From an uncultured Faecalimonas sp. (GTDB lineage: Bacteria; Bacillota; Clostridia; Lachnospirales; Lachnospiraceae), in NCBI GenBank assembly GCA_964440185.1, contig CAYTRJ010000002.1, forward strand, positions 1 to 59,593: DNA of 59,593 nt, given 5' to 3'. The first letter of the stretch is position 1. Each line of letters starts with the position of its first letter. The position numbers and the translations under genes were made by a program. The notes beneath the pieces are model-generated. The model saw only the letters and a program-made list of their open reading frames with translations, ran no database searches and was not told the DNA's origin. Positions 1 through 9,501 of the stretch are shown piece by piece.

Positions 1-2081
1 AATATTTGAAGAAGCAAATTTGTTACATCTGGGTGTGCTTTTTCGATTTCATCAAACAATACTACTGAATATGGTTTTCTGCGCACCGCTTCTGTAAGCT
101 GACCGCCTTCATCGTATCCCACATATCCTGGAGGTGCTCCAATCAAACGAGATACAGAATATTTTTCCATATATTCACTCATATCGATTCGAACCATGTT
201 ACTTTCATCATCAAACAAACTTTCTGCTAGTGCTTTTGCAAGTTCCGTTTTTCCTACTCCAGTTGGTCCTAAGAATAAAAAAGAACCGATTGGTTTCGTT
301 GGATCTTTAATCCCTGCCTTAGAACGAATGATAGCTTCTGTCACTTTGGTCACGCCTTCATCCTGTCCAATCACACGTTTGTGAAGTTCACTGTCTAAAT
401 GTAAAGTTTTACTACGTTCACTTTCATTTAATTTCGCCACTGGAATTCCAGTCCAACGAGAAATAATACGTGCAATTTCTTCTTCTGTAACACTTTCTCT
501 TACTAAGGATAATTCACGATCTTTCACACGTTGTTCTTCTTCTGCCAATTGCTTTTGCATCTGTGGTAAATGACCATATTGTAATTCTGCAGCACGTTCT
601 AAATCATAATTTCGCTGAGCTTTTTCAATCTCATGATTGATATTTTCGATTTCTTCACGTAATTTTTGCAAGCGTTCTACAGAATTTTTTTCATTATCCC
701 ACTGCGCCTTCTGACCTTTGAAAGTTTCTCGAAGTTCTGCCAATTCCTGTTGTAAATTTTCAAGACGTTCTTTACTCAAACGATCCTCTTCTTTTTTCAA
801 AGCAGCTTCTTCAATCTCCAATTGCATAATACGACGTTGCAATTCGTCTAGCTCCGCTGGCATAGAATCTAATTCTGTCTTGATCAATGCACATGCCTCA
901 TCTACAAGGTCAATTGCTTTATCAGGAAGGAAACGATCTGAAATATATCGATTGGATAAAGTTGCTGCTGCTACCAAGGCTCCATCTGTAATCTTGACTC
1001 CATGGAATACTTCATAACGTTCCTTTAAACCACGCAAAATCGAAATAGCATCTTCCACACTTGGTTCATCCACCATAACCGGTTGAAAACGTCTTTCCAA
1101 TGCTGCATCTTTTTCAATATATTGACGATACTCATCCAATGTCGTTGCACCTATACAATGCAATTCTCCTCTGGCAAGCATCGGTTTTAACATATTTCCT
1201 GCATCCATTGCACCATCAGATTTCCCAGCGCCCACAATTGTATGAAGTTCATCGATGAAAAGAATAATTTCACCATCACTATTTTTTACTTCTTCCAAAA
1301 CTGCTTTTAGACGTTCTTCGAATTCACCTCGATATTTCGCACCTGCAACAAGCGCTCCCATATCAAGTGCAAATACTTTCTTATCTTTTAATGCTTCTGG
1401 AACATCGCCTCGCACAATACGTTGTGCAAGTCCTTCCACTGCTGCTGTTTTTCCCACACCAGGTTCTCCGATCAGTACTGGATTATTTTTTGTTTTTCTC
1501 GAAAGGATCCTGATCACATTTCGAATTTCTGCATCTCGTCCAATAACTGGATCTAACTTTTGCTCTCTTGCGCGTTCTACAAGATCTTGTCCATATTTGT
1601 TCAATGTATCATAAGTTGCTTCTGGATTGTCATTTGTTACTCTTTGATTTCCTCGAACTGTTGCTAACACTTGAAGAAATCCTTCTCGCGTAATCCCAAA
1701 AGAGCGGAACACCTCTTTCATTTCACGATTTGCGTATTTTATTAACGCAAGGAAAAGATGTTCTACTGAAACATACTCGTCTCCCATTTGTTTTGCTTCA
1801 TCTTCTGCATGGACGAGTGCCTTATTTAAGTCTTGTCCAAAATAAAGCTGTCCACCTTGTACCTTTGCTCGTTTACGCAATGCTTCTTCTACACGATTGA
1901 CAAATAATTCCTTTTGGATATTCATCTTTTCTAGTAATTTTAAAATCAAACTATCATTCTGCGTAATTAATGCATATACTAAATGTTCTTGTTCTATTTC
2001 CTGATTACCATATTCATACGCAATTTTTTCACAAGATTGTACTGCCTGTAATGAATTCTGTGTAAATTTTTGAATATTCAT
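1..2081 (-). CDS. clpB: ATP-dependent chaperone ClpB (3' end runs off the window; not in the ORF track)
   Basis: Minus strand from ATG at 2081 reads [14 protein letters not shown]...[38 protein letters not shown] (NBD1 Walker A), then a coiled-coil middle domain and [12 protein letters not shown] (NBD2). Confidence 0.97.
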   Translation of the reverse strand, partial: MNIQKFTQNSLQAVQSCEKIAYEYGNQEIEQEHLVYALITQNDSLILKLLEKMNIQKELFVNRVEEALRKRAKVQGGQLYFGQDLNKALVHAEDEAKQMGDEYVSVEHLFLALIKYANREMKEVFRSFGITREGFLQVLATVRGNQRVTNDNPEATYDTLNKYGQDLVERAREQKLDPVIGRDAEIRNVIRILSRKTKNNPVLIGEPGVGKTAAVEGLAQRIVRGDVPEALKDKKVFALDMGALVAGAKYRGEFEERLKAVLEEVKNSDGEIILFIDELHTIVGAGKSDGAMDAGNMLKPMLARGELHCIGATTLDEYRQYIEKDAALERRFQPVMVDEPSVEDAISILRGLKERYEVFHGVKITDGALVAAATLSNRYISDRFLPDKAIDLVDEACALIKTELDSMPAELDELQRRIMQLEIEEAALKKEEDRLSKERLENLQQELAELRETFKGQKAQWDNEKNSVERLQKLREEIENINHEIEKAQRNYDLERAAELQYGHLPQMQKQLAEEEQRVKDRELSLVRESVTEEEIARIISRWTGIPVAKLNESERSKTLHLDSELHKRVIGQDEGVTKVTEAIIRSKAGIKDPTKPIGSFLFLGPTGVGKTELAKALAESLFDDESNMVRIDMSEYMEKYSVSRLIGAPPGYVGYDEGGQLTEAVRRKPYSVVLFDEIEKAHPDVTNLLLQI

Positions 2082-2140
2082 AAAGTCACCCTTCCTTTCA
2101 AACATTTTCTTTTGTTCTAGTCTAGGTATAACACTTTTTA

Positions 2141-2167
2141 TTAGCACTGTCAACGGTTGAGTGCTAA
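2141..2167. promoter_or_regulatory. CIRCE element (HrcA operator) overlapping the clpB sigma-A -35 box
   Basis: TTAGCACTG-N9-GAGTGCTAA, one mismatch to TTAGCACTC-N9-GAGTGCTAA. Minus-strand TTGACA (2148-2153), 17 nt, then TGn-TATACC (2125-2130). Confidence 0.93.
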
Positions 2168-2204
2168 TTTTATATTTATTTTATCTTTAAATAACGTTTC
2201 CTGT

Positions 2205-2681
2205 TTACGCTAAATCTCTTGTAAAAATGTCTTCATACGGATTCGTTTTCGCTAGTCCTATTCGTGTTACTGTTCCCTCAAATATTCCAAACTCTTTTTG
2301 TAAGAACGCAACTGCTGCTAATTGTTCCTCTCTCGTTAATCGTTTTCCAATCGTCACATGTGGAATCCAATGAAACATCTGATAGCGGCTTCCATCTACT
2401 TGCTCAATCTGTTTAGAAATCTGATAAAGGTACTCATTTAAAATTGGTTGCAAAAAAATAGTATTTGTTTTGAACATTCCTAATGAAACAAATTGTACTT
2501 TTCCACTTTCAATCTGAATTTGTTTGAGATAATCCACGTCTGAAACCATTCCAACCGTCAGATGTGGTGGAATCTTGTGTTCCAACAAATACGAATTTCC
2601 TGTTACCTTTGCAACGCGTTCTATCAGATATTGTATCCGCTTTTCTGTTTTCTTATCAAAATACAATGATATTAAATACAT
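2205..2681 (-). CDS. 2H phosphoesterase / 2'-5' RNA ligase family protein
   Basis: Two HxT motifs: PPHLTVG and IPHVTIG. Confidence 0.85.
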   Translation of the reverse strand: MYLISLYFDKKTEKRIQYLIERVAKVTGNSYLLEHKIPPHLTVGMVSDVDYLKQIQIESGKVQFVSLGMFKTNTIFLQPILNEYLYQISKQIEQVDGSRYQMFHWIPHVTIGKRLTREEQLAAVAFLQKEFGIFEGTVTRIGLAKTNPYEDIFTRDLA

Positions 2682-2733
2682 ATAAGCTTCCTCTCATTTT
2701 ATAAAAGGGTCCGCTTCTTGCGAACCCTCATTC

Positions 2734-3867
2734 TTATTCGATATCAAAATACTTTGATACTTTTTCTAATCCTTTTATGATCTCCAAATGTTGTGGACAA
2801 ACACCTTCACATTGTCCACAAGCAATACATTCTTTGGCTCTGCTAAATCCAGAATCGCCTACCAGATTATCATAAAAGTTATTCAAAACAGTCCATCCTT
2901 GATTTTCCGGATCACGTTTTTTCATATTATATAAAGAAAAATATTTAGGAATCGGAATGTTCATTGGACATCCTTCTGTACAATAAGAACATCCTGTACA
3001 TGGAATTGCAATACTACTTTCAATTATTTCAGCCGCCTTATGTACCATTTGCAGTTCTTCCTCTGTTAATGGTTGAAATGCTTGCATATAAGATGTATTA
3101 TCCAAAAGTTGTTCCATATTGCTCATACCAGAAAGTACGATCATTACATGCTCTAATGATGCTGCAAAGCGAATTGCCCAAGAAGCAATCGAGAGATTTG
3201 CATCATATTTTTGATACATCTCTGCCACTTCTGTTGGTACGTTAGCCAAAGTCCCACCTTTTACTGGTTCCATAATGGCTACTTTCTTTCCATGTTTTAC
3301 AGCAACTTCATAACATTTACGTGACTGAATCCAATCACTTTCCCAATCGAGATAATTGATCTGCAACTGTACAAATTCCATTTCTGGATATTTTGTCAAA
3401 ATTTCATCTAACAACTCTGCAGTATCATGGAAGGAAAATCCCATATGCTTGATCAAGCCCTGTTCCTTCTTTTCACGGATCCAATTGAAACAATCCAGCT
3501 CTTCGTAACGTTTATAATTAGGAGCCTCAATACTATGAAGCAGATAATAATCGAAGTACTCTACTCCTGTTTTCTCCATTTGTGTCTGAAAAATCTTATC
3601 TCTATCTTCCTTAGTCTCACAATACCCTACATGAAGTTTTGTTGCCAAGGTATAGCTATCTCTTGGATAGCGATCCACTAATATTTCCTTTGTTGCGTTT
3701 TCACTATGAAATCCACAATACATCCAAGCTGTATCAAAATACGTAAATCCTCTTTCTAAAAATGTATCTACCATTTTCTTTGCTTGTTCAATATCAATGC
3801 TTGTTGGATCATTCTGATCTAACAGCGGCAATCTCATCAATCCAAATCCTAATTTCTTTTCACTCAT
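2734..3867 (-). CDS. Aldo/keto reductase with C-terminal 4Fe-4S dicluster domain
   Basis: LGFGLMRLP, YFDTAWMY, MEPVKGG; C-terminal CTGCSYCTEGCP and CIACGQCEGVCP. Confidence 0.92.
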   Translation of the reverse strand: MSEKKLGFGLMRLPLLDQNDPTSIDIEQAKKMVDTFLERGFTYFDTAWMYCGFHSENATKEILVDRYPRDSYTLATKLHVGYCETKEDRDKIFQTQMEKTGVEYFDYYLLHSIEAPNYKRYEELDCFNWIREKKEQGLIKHMGFSFHDTAELLDEILTKYPEMEFVQLQINYLDWESDWIQSRKCYEVAVKHGKKVAIMEPVKGGTLANVPTEVAEMYQKYDANLSIASWAIRFAASLEHVMIVLSGMSNMEQLLDNTSYMQAFQPLTEEELQMVHKAAEIIESSIAIPCTGCSYCTEGCPMNIPIPKYFSLYNMKKRDPENQGWTVLNNFYDNLVGDSGFSRAKECIACGQCEGVCPQHLEIIKGLEKVSKYFDIE

Positions 3868-3870
3868 GAC

Positions 3871-4281
3871 TTATTCTTCTTCATCCTCAAAAATACTATT
3901 GTCTATTTTGACCCCACAATTTGGGCAAAATGTTGCTTCTGGTTCTACATGTGTTTTACAATTTGGACAAACATCTAGTCCCTTGATTTCTGCAATTTCA
4001 TGTTTTGCTTTTGCAATTTCTTCGTCTCTTTCTTCGATTGCTTCGCATAATTCTAAAAATTGCGCATCTACTTCTTCACCGCTTTTATATCTGTCATAGA
4101 TCATTTTTCCAATATCTTTGTAATCACGCTCATTGTTACGTTCCATCACGCGCATTTGACTTTTAATTTTTTGCACTTCAACTGCTTCTTCTGTCTTTTT
4201 GCTAATTTCTTCCGTTACCACTTCTGCCTTGTCTATAATTTTCTTGCCAAATTTTTCTAAATTTCCAAAAAAGTCTGCCAT
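3871..4281 (-). CDS. Coiled-coil plus double zinc-ribbon protein
   Basis: CPNC...FCPNCG at the C-terminus. Start moved to MADFFGN (ATG 4281, AGGAG upstream), which removes the overlap with the protease gene. Confidence 0.8.
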   Translation of the reverse strand: MADFFGNLEKFGKKIIDKAEVVTEEISKKTEEAVEVQKIKSQMRVMERNNERDYKDIGKMIYDRYKSGEEVDAQFLELCEAIEERDEEIAKAKHEIAEIKGLDVCPNCKTHVEPEATFCPNCGVKIDNSIFEDEEE

Positions 4282-4303
4282 ATTGATTCTCCTTTCTTCC
4301 GAA

Positions 4304-6010
4304 TCATATCTTTCGAATCCTTTCGAATGATCCGTATAGATCCAGTCGTCCATATCCCCAAATCGTATTAGGATAACTTTCTCCTTCCCTTCTAGCCGCA
4401 CCTAATGTCAATAAATTTCGAATCTGTATCGAATCTACTGTATCTTCTTCTAATCGAAACAAGATCCATTCTAACAAAAGAGCACACGCACCCGCTGTAA
4501 TTCCTGCTGCTATACTAGAACCTGTACGTTCTACAAATCGATTTCTTGACGACAGTCCTGTTACGTTTACGCCAGGAGCTACAAAATTCGGCTTTATGAT
4601 TCCACCTCTAGTATATCCTCTCCCCGACGAAATCGCAACACTATTGTCATCCCCGTTGTAGAATCCAACCGTAATTCCTGTAATCGTGCTTCCTGGTTCT
4701 GTAATGGTAGTATTGGGATTTGGTTCTAAGAAATATACTTCTTCCTGTAGAAATTCACGCATTGGAAGCCACATGTGAAATGTTCCTTCCGCCAATTGTA
4801 CTGGCTCCACCACTATTTTCCAGATTCCTTCTGTAAGATCTTCAAATCGCATAAAAACCAATTCTGCATTCGAACGTTCAAGGAATAACTTATAGTCTAC
4901 TGACACACGTGTCCCTTCGAATATAAACGGAAACGTCTGTGTTTCACTTCTGCGGATAGGGATTCTCCCTGTGCTTCCTCCTGTTGGCGATATTACCGTC
5001 ACTGCAACAATATTCGGATTTTCCGTCCATAATTCCATAGAAAATCCACTAACATTTTTGCTTACGCGAATCTCTACCTCTCTACGATCTGTTTCATCTT
5101 CTAATGTACCAATATAATGATGTCTTTCATTTGCCTCATTACCTGCTCCAATCACAATAACTCTCTGTTCCAGATTAGAATACACTTCCAGTAAACCACT
5201 CAATGGTGATAATCCGCTGTGTCCACCTTGATTCGATCCCACTGCGATACAGATTACAAGAGGCATTCCTCTTTTCTCTGCTAATTCATTGAGATATTTT
5301 ACCCCTAACATGATATCATTTTCCTGATAGCAAGGACTATCTGTAAAAATCTGATAAAACTCCTTCAAATATTGCTTTGCCGATTTTAGTTTTACCATTG
5401 CAATCATACTGTCTGGTGCTGCACCTATAAATTGATTTTCTGGACTAGCGCCTCCCGCTGCAATACTCGCAACAAAAGTTCCATGGCTGTTTTCATCTGT
5501 ACTGGGAACAGTCTCCAATGGTGATGCACTCTGTAATGCTTCATCAATCATTTCCTGTGTATATTCCGTTCCATACAAAAATCCTTCTGGTGGCATTCCA
5601 TCTTGAATCGTTTGATCCCAAATTCCCGCAATCCTTGTACTTCCATCTAAATTTCGAAAGATTTCATTTTGGTAATCAATTCCAGTATCTACAAATCCGA
5701 TCAACACCCCTGTTCCTTGGAGATCAAGTGTTGGATAATTTTGTATTTGAGTGATACCTGCTTGCAGCATAGCGTCCATATCAATCAAACTATAGCATTT
5801 AGGAATCGAATTGTATGAATAGCGCTCGAAGCTAATTGGATCTGCTTTTTCCTTTTCCACGTAAATCGCACTATAAATAAACTCCATTTCCTGTGCACAT
5901 ATTTCTTTGTCAAAAAACTCCGCAAAATCATTTTCGCGGAGTCTGCTAACTATAAAATCTCTATAATCTTCGGACAAAATTTTTTCCTGACATGTAGATG
6001 ATTCTGGCAT
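4304..6010 (-). CDS. S8 subtilisin-like serine protease, clostridial Csp (CspA/B/C)-type
   Basis: Catalytic motifs FVDTGID, HGTFVASIAAG and TGSSIAAG; WDQT and WGYGRLD motifs typical of Csp proteases; no signal peptide. Confidence 0.88.
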   Translation of the reverse strand: MPESSTCQEKILSEDYRDFIVSRLRENDFAEFFDKEICAQEMEFIYSAIYVEKEKADPISFERYSYNSIPKCYSLIDMDAMLQAGITQIQNYPTLDLQGTGVLIGFVDTGIDYQNEIFRNLDGSTRIAGIWDQTIQDGMPPEGFLYGTEYTQEMIDEALQSASPLETVPSTDENSHGTFVASIAAGGASPENQFIGAAPDSMIAMVKLKSAKQYLKEFYQIFTDSPCYQENDIMLGVKYLNELAEKRGMPLVICIAVGSNQGGHSGLSPLSGLLEVYSNLEQRVIVIGAGNEANERHHYIGTLEDETDRREVEIRVSKNVSGFSMELWTENPNIVAVTVISPTGGSTGRIPIRRSETQTFPFIFEGTRVSVDYKLFLERSNAELVFMRFEDLTEGIWKIVVEPVQLAEGTFHMWLPMREFLQEEVYFLEPNPNTTITEPGSTITGITVGFYNGDDNSVAISSGRGYTRGGIIKPNFVAPGVNVTGLSSRNRFVERTGSSIAAGITAGACALLLEWILFRLEEDTVDSIQIRNLLTLGAARREGESYPNTIWGYGRLDLYGSFERIRKI

Positions 6011-6035
6011 AACATTTTCCGCCTTTTTCTACATT

Positions 6036-6680
6036 CTATTCATCCCATAGTAAATTATTGATATCCCAAATATAATAATTGAAGTCTTGATGAAATGCAG
6101 GTTTACATTCATGATTTTTAATCGCTTTTACCAAGTCGTCTACTGTTTCAATTGGATTTGGAAAATATGTTGCCGCAATTCCAACCTTATCTGGATAATG
6201 ACAATCGCTTCCTCCTGTAATTGCAAATCCATGTTTCTTTGCATATTTTACAGCCATCATAGTTGCATCTGCCAATGTACTGCCATTGATAATTTCAATC
6301 GCATCTACTCCCTTTAAAGTATCTAAATTACGTTCTAGTCCCCTACGATTATGACGAAACGGATGAGCACTAATCACTACGCCTCCTTGTTCATGCACAT
6401 AGTCAATGAATTCCTGCGCATTCACACGTTCTTTTGGATAAGAATCAATTCCAAAAGCTAATATATCTCCTTGCAGAGAATAAAACTCGATTCCCACAAA
6501 AATTGGAAATCCTATTTTTTTGCTATATTCTGCTGCATATTCTCGCAGTCCCATACTCTCATGATCTGTGATGCATATGCCATCTAGCCCTCTTTTTTTT
6601 GCAATTTCTACCATTTCTTCTAATGATAGATGACTGTCCAGTGAATGTCTTTTTTCATGCATATGTAAATCTAAAAACAT
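6036..6680 (-). CDS. PHP-domain metal-dependent phosphoesterase
   Basis: DLHMH, ITDH, AHPFR, GGSDCH. Confidence 0.9.
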   Translation of the reverse strand: MFLDLHMHEKRHSLDSHLSLEEMVEIAKKRGLDGICITDHESMGLREYAAEYSKKIGFPIFVGIEFYSLQGDILAFGIDSYPKERVNAQEFIDYVHEQGGVVISAHPFRHNRRGLERNLDTLKGVDAIEIINGSTLADATMMAVKYAKKHGFAITGGSDCHYPDKVGIAATYFPNPIETVDDLVKAIKNHECKPAFHQDFNYYIWDINNLLWDE

Positions 6681-6704
6681 ATTCTATCCCCCATATTAGG
6701 ACCT

Positions 6705-8111
6705 CTAATCAGTGAGTCGTTCTTGTCCTCTCATAATGATCTGAGGAGTTCCTTTTCCTTCAATATATTCTCTCGTTATGATTACTTGACCTATACTATC
6801 ATCTTTCGGAATCTCATACATAATATCCAGCATAAATTCTTCAATAATCGAACGAAGTGCTCTTGCACCAGTGTCTTTCTTCATCGCTTTTTCTGCAATT
6901 GCCATCAATGCTTCTTCGTTGAACTCCAACTTCACTTCATCTAAAGCCAAAAGTTTTTGATACTGTTTTAAAATCGCATTCTTTGGTTCCTTTAAAATCT
7001 TTACAAGCATCGACTCATCCAATCCTTGTAATGTAAAAATAACTGGCAAACGACCAATAAATTCCGGGATCATTCCAAAACTGCGTAAGTCTTCTACTTC
7101 AACTTTAGAAAGAAGGTTTTCATCATGACTATACTTGTCTTTCAAATCTGCAATAAATCCCATCGAAGAATGCTTATTCAAACGCTCTTTTATGATTTCT
7201 TCTAAGTCTGGGAATGCACCTCCACAAATAAACAAGATATTTTTTGTATTAACAGTTGTAAGTGGTACCATCGCATTCTTACTATTTGCTCCAACTGGAA
7301 CTTCTACTTCACTTCCTTCTAGAAGTTTTAGCATTCCTTGCTGTACAGACTCTCCACTCACATCACGCTGGCTTGTATTTTTCTTCTTAGCTATCTTGTC
7401 AATTTCATCAATGAAAATAATACCACGTTCTGCCTTCTCCACATCATTATCTGCTGCCGCTAATAATTTGGAAACAACACTTTCAATATCATCTCCAATA
7501 TATCCTGCCTCTGTTAAGGAAGTTGCATCTGTAATCGCGAGCGGAACATCTAGCAACTTTGCTAACGTTTTAACTAAATATGTTTTTCCTGACCCTGTTG
7601 GCCCAATCATCAACATATTTGACTTTTCAATTTCAATATCATCCATAGTGTCAGTTGCTACACGTTTATAATGATTATATACTGCAACTGCCATGGCCTT
7701 TTTCGCGTGTTCTTGCCCTACTACATATTCATCTAATTGTGCTTTAATCTTATGTGGTGCAGGAATATCTTTAATATTAAGTACTGGAGCTTTCTTCTCT
7801 CCTGCTTTTTTCTTTTTAATTCGCTGTTGTTTTGGTATCATGCCATCTAAATCTGATAAATTTAAAAACTGAATACCCGGCGTATTCATAATTTGTCCCA
7901 TATCAAATGGCATATTATTCATTGCATCAAAACTCTTTTGCATACAATCAGGACAAATACAAATGTTATTTGGAAGATCTATCATCTTTCCAGTAATGCT
8001 TTCTGGGCGATGGCACATAAAACAAATTTTTTCATATTCGTCATCTTCTATCTCTTCCACCGCTACTTTTTCTTCTTCATCTATTTCTCTAAAATCCATT
8101 TTATCTGACAT
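6705..8111 (-). CDS. clpX: ATP-dependent Clp protease ATP-binding subunit ClpX
   Basis: N-terminal C4 zinc finger, GPTGSGKT, TEAGYIGDDIE, RDVSGESVQQ, TGARALR. Confidence 0.95.
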   Translation of the reverse strand: MSDKMDFREIDEEEKVAVEEIEDDEYEKICFMCHRPESITGKMIDLPNNICICPDCMQKSFDAMNNMPFDMGQIMNTPGIQFLNLSDLDGMIPKQQRIKKKKAGEKKAPVLNIKDIPAPHKIKAQLDEYVVGQEHAKKAMAVAVYNHYKRVATDTMDDIEIEKSNMLMIGPTGSGKTYLVKTLAKLLDVPLAITDATSLTEAGYIGDDIESVVSKLLAAADNDVEKAERGIIFIDEIDKIAKKKNTSQRDVSGESVQQGMLKLLEGSEVEVPVGANSKNAMVPLTTVNTKNILFICGGAFPDLEEIIKERLNKHSSMGFIADLKDKYSHDENLLSKVEVEDLRSFGMIPEFIGRLPVIFTLQGLDESMLVKILKEPKNAILKQYQKLLALDEVKLEFNEEALMAIAEKAMKKDTGARALRSIIEEFMLDIMYEIPKDDSIGQVIITREYIEGKGTPQIIMRGQERLTD

Positions 8112-8187
8112 ATACTATTCTCCTTCATATCTCATACAAAAGATATTATATATGACAGAATGGTATCCCACAAGTGAACTTTTTCTA

Positions 8188-8252
8188 AAAAAACAAGAGG
8201 GACCTCAAAGGATAATATCATTAAGTTAACATTATCTCAAAAGGTCCGCTTA
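8188..8252 (-). terminator. Long imperfect hairpin with T-tract downstream of trxB
   Basis: Minus strand GGACCT..GATAAT...ATTATC..AGGTCC followed by CTCTTGTTTTTT. Confidence 0.5.
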
Positions 8253-8253
8253 T

Positions 8254-9183
8254 TTATTCACATAAATCAATATACTCTTCTGCAAATTTTGAAGCTACCG
8301 CTCCATCTGAAACAGCTGTCACAATTTGACGCAATGGTTTCTGTCTCATGTCACCAACTGCAAATACACCCGGTATATTTGTTTTTGTTGTCTCATCTGC
8401 CACAACATACCCTGCTTCATCCAGTTCTATCTGTCCTTGAATCAATGTTGTATTTGGAACATTTCCAACTGCAATAAACACACCATCACAAGCAACTTCC
8501 GTTATACTATGCTCTAGATTATTTCTGACTTTTACACCTGTCACGATTCCTTCTTCTATCACATTTACAACTTCACTGTTCCATATAAACTCAATATTTT
8601 CTGTTTTTTCTAATGAATCCATATATGTTTTCGATGCACGAAGTTCTTCCCTACGGTGTACTAAATATACCTTTTTACAAATTTTTGCTAAGAAAATAGC
8701 ATCTGCAACAGCTGTATTTCCACCACCAACAATCACTACTGTCTTATCACGGTAAAACATTCCATCACATGTGGCACAATAAGAAACACCTCTTCCTCTT
8801 AGCTCACGTTCATTTTCCAGACCTAATTCACGTGGTGAAGCACCCAGCGCTAAAATTACTGTTTTTGCTTCAAACGTTTCTTTTCTTGTATGAATCAATT
8901 TAGGTGTCGCAGTTAGATCTACACTTTTCACTTCAGCCATTTTAGTCTTTACTCCAAAGCGCTCTGCACCTTGTTTCATCTGCATTCCTAATTCCAATCC
9001 GTTGATTCCATCTACAAATCCAGGATAATTTTCTACAACATCAGTAGTTGCCATTTGACCCCCTGGTGATAATTTTTCAATCACCAGTGTAGAAAGACTT
9101 GCTCTCGCTGTATAGAGTGCAGCCCCATATCCACCTGGACCTCCACCAATCACAACAACATCATAGCATTTATTTTCCTTCAT
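8254..9183 (-). CDS. trxB: Thioredoxin-disulfide reductase
   Basis: IGGGPGG FAD motif, GVSYCATCDG redox centre, GGGNTA NADPH motif. Confidence 0.95.
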   Translation of the reverse strand: MKENKCYDVVVIGGGPGGYGAALYTARASLSTLVIEKLSPGGQMATTDVVENYPGFVDGINGLELGMQMKQGAERFGVKTKMAEVKSVDLTATPKLIHTRKETFEAKTVILALGASPRELGLENERELRGRGVSYCATCDGMFYRDKTVVIVGGGNTAVADAIFLAKICKKVYLVHRREELRASKTYMDSLEKTENIEFIWNSEVVNVIEEGIVTGVKVRNNLEHSITEVACDGVFIAVGNVPNTTLIQGQIELDEAGYVVADETTKTNIPGVFAVGDMRQKPLRQIVTAVSDGAVASKFAEEYIDLCE

Positions 9184-9490
9184 ATTGTTCAATCCATTCT
9201 TCTAATTCTTCTTCTGTCATTGTTCCGACAAAAGTCCCTTTTACTTCGCCGCCACGAATCATCTTAATTGTAGGAATACTCATTACCATATATTTTTGAG
9301 CTAAATTAGGATTTTCATCAATATTTACTTTTACAATCTTAACTTTTCCTTCGAAGGTTTCTGCTGCTGATTCTAATACAGGTCCAAACATTTTACATGG
9401 CATACACCATTCTGCAAAAAAATCTACTACTACTGGGATTTCTGACTGCAATACTTCTTGTTCAAATTCATTTTCAGTTATAATTTTCAT
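9170..9490 (-). CDS. trxA: Thioredoxin
   Basis: VVDFFAEWCMPCK and SIPT; overlaps trxB. Confidence 0.93.
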   Translation of the reverse strand: MKIITENEFEQEVLQSEIPVVVDFFAEWCMPCKMFGPVLESAAETFEGKVKIVKVNIDENPNLAQKYMVMSIPTIKMIRGGEVKGTFVGTMTEEELEEWIEQYEGK

Positions 9491-9501
9491 ATCTCGTCCT
9501 C

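Noticed and set aside
196-1614. Plus-strand ORFs 196-384, 718-1017 and 1255-1614, and the many similar short antisense ORFs across the window
   Set aside because: They are shadows of well-supported genes on the opposite strand (here clpB), with no RBS or motifs.
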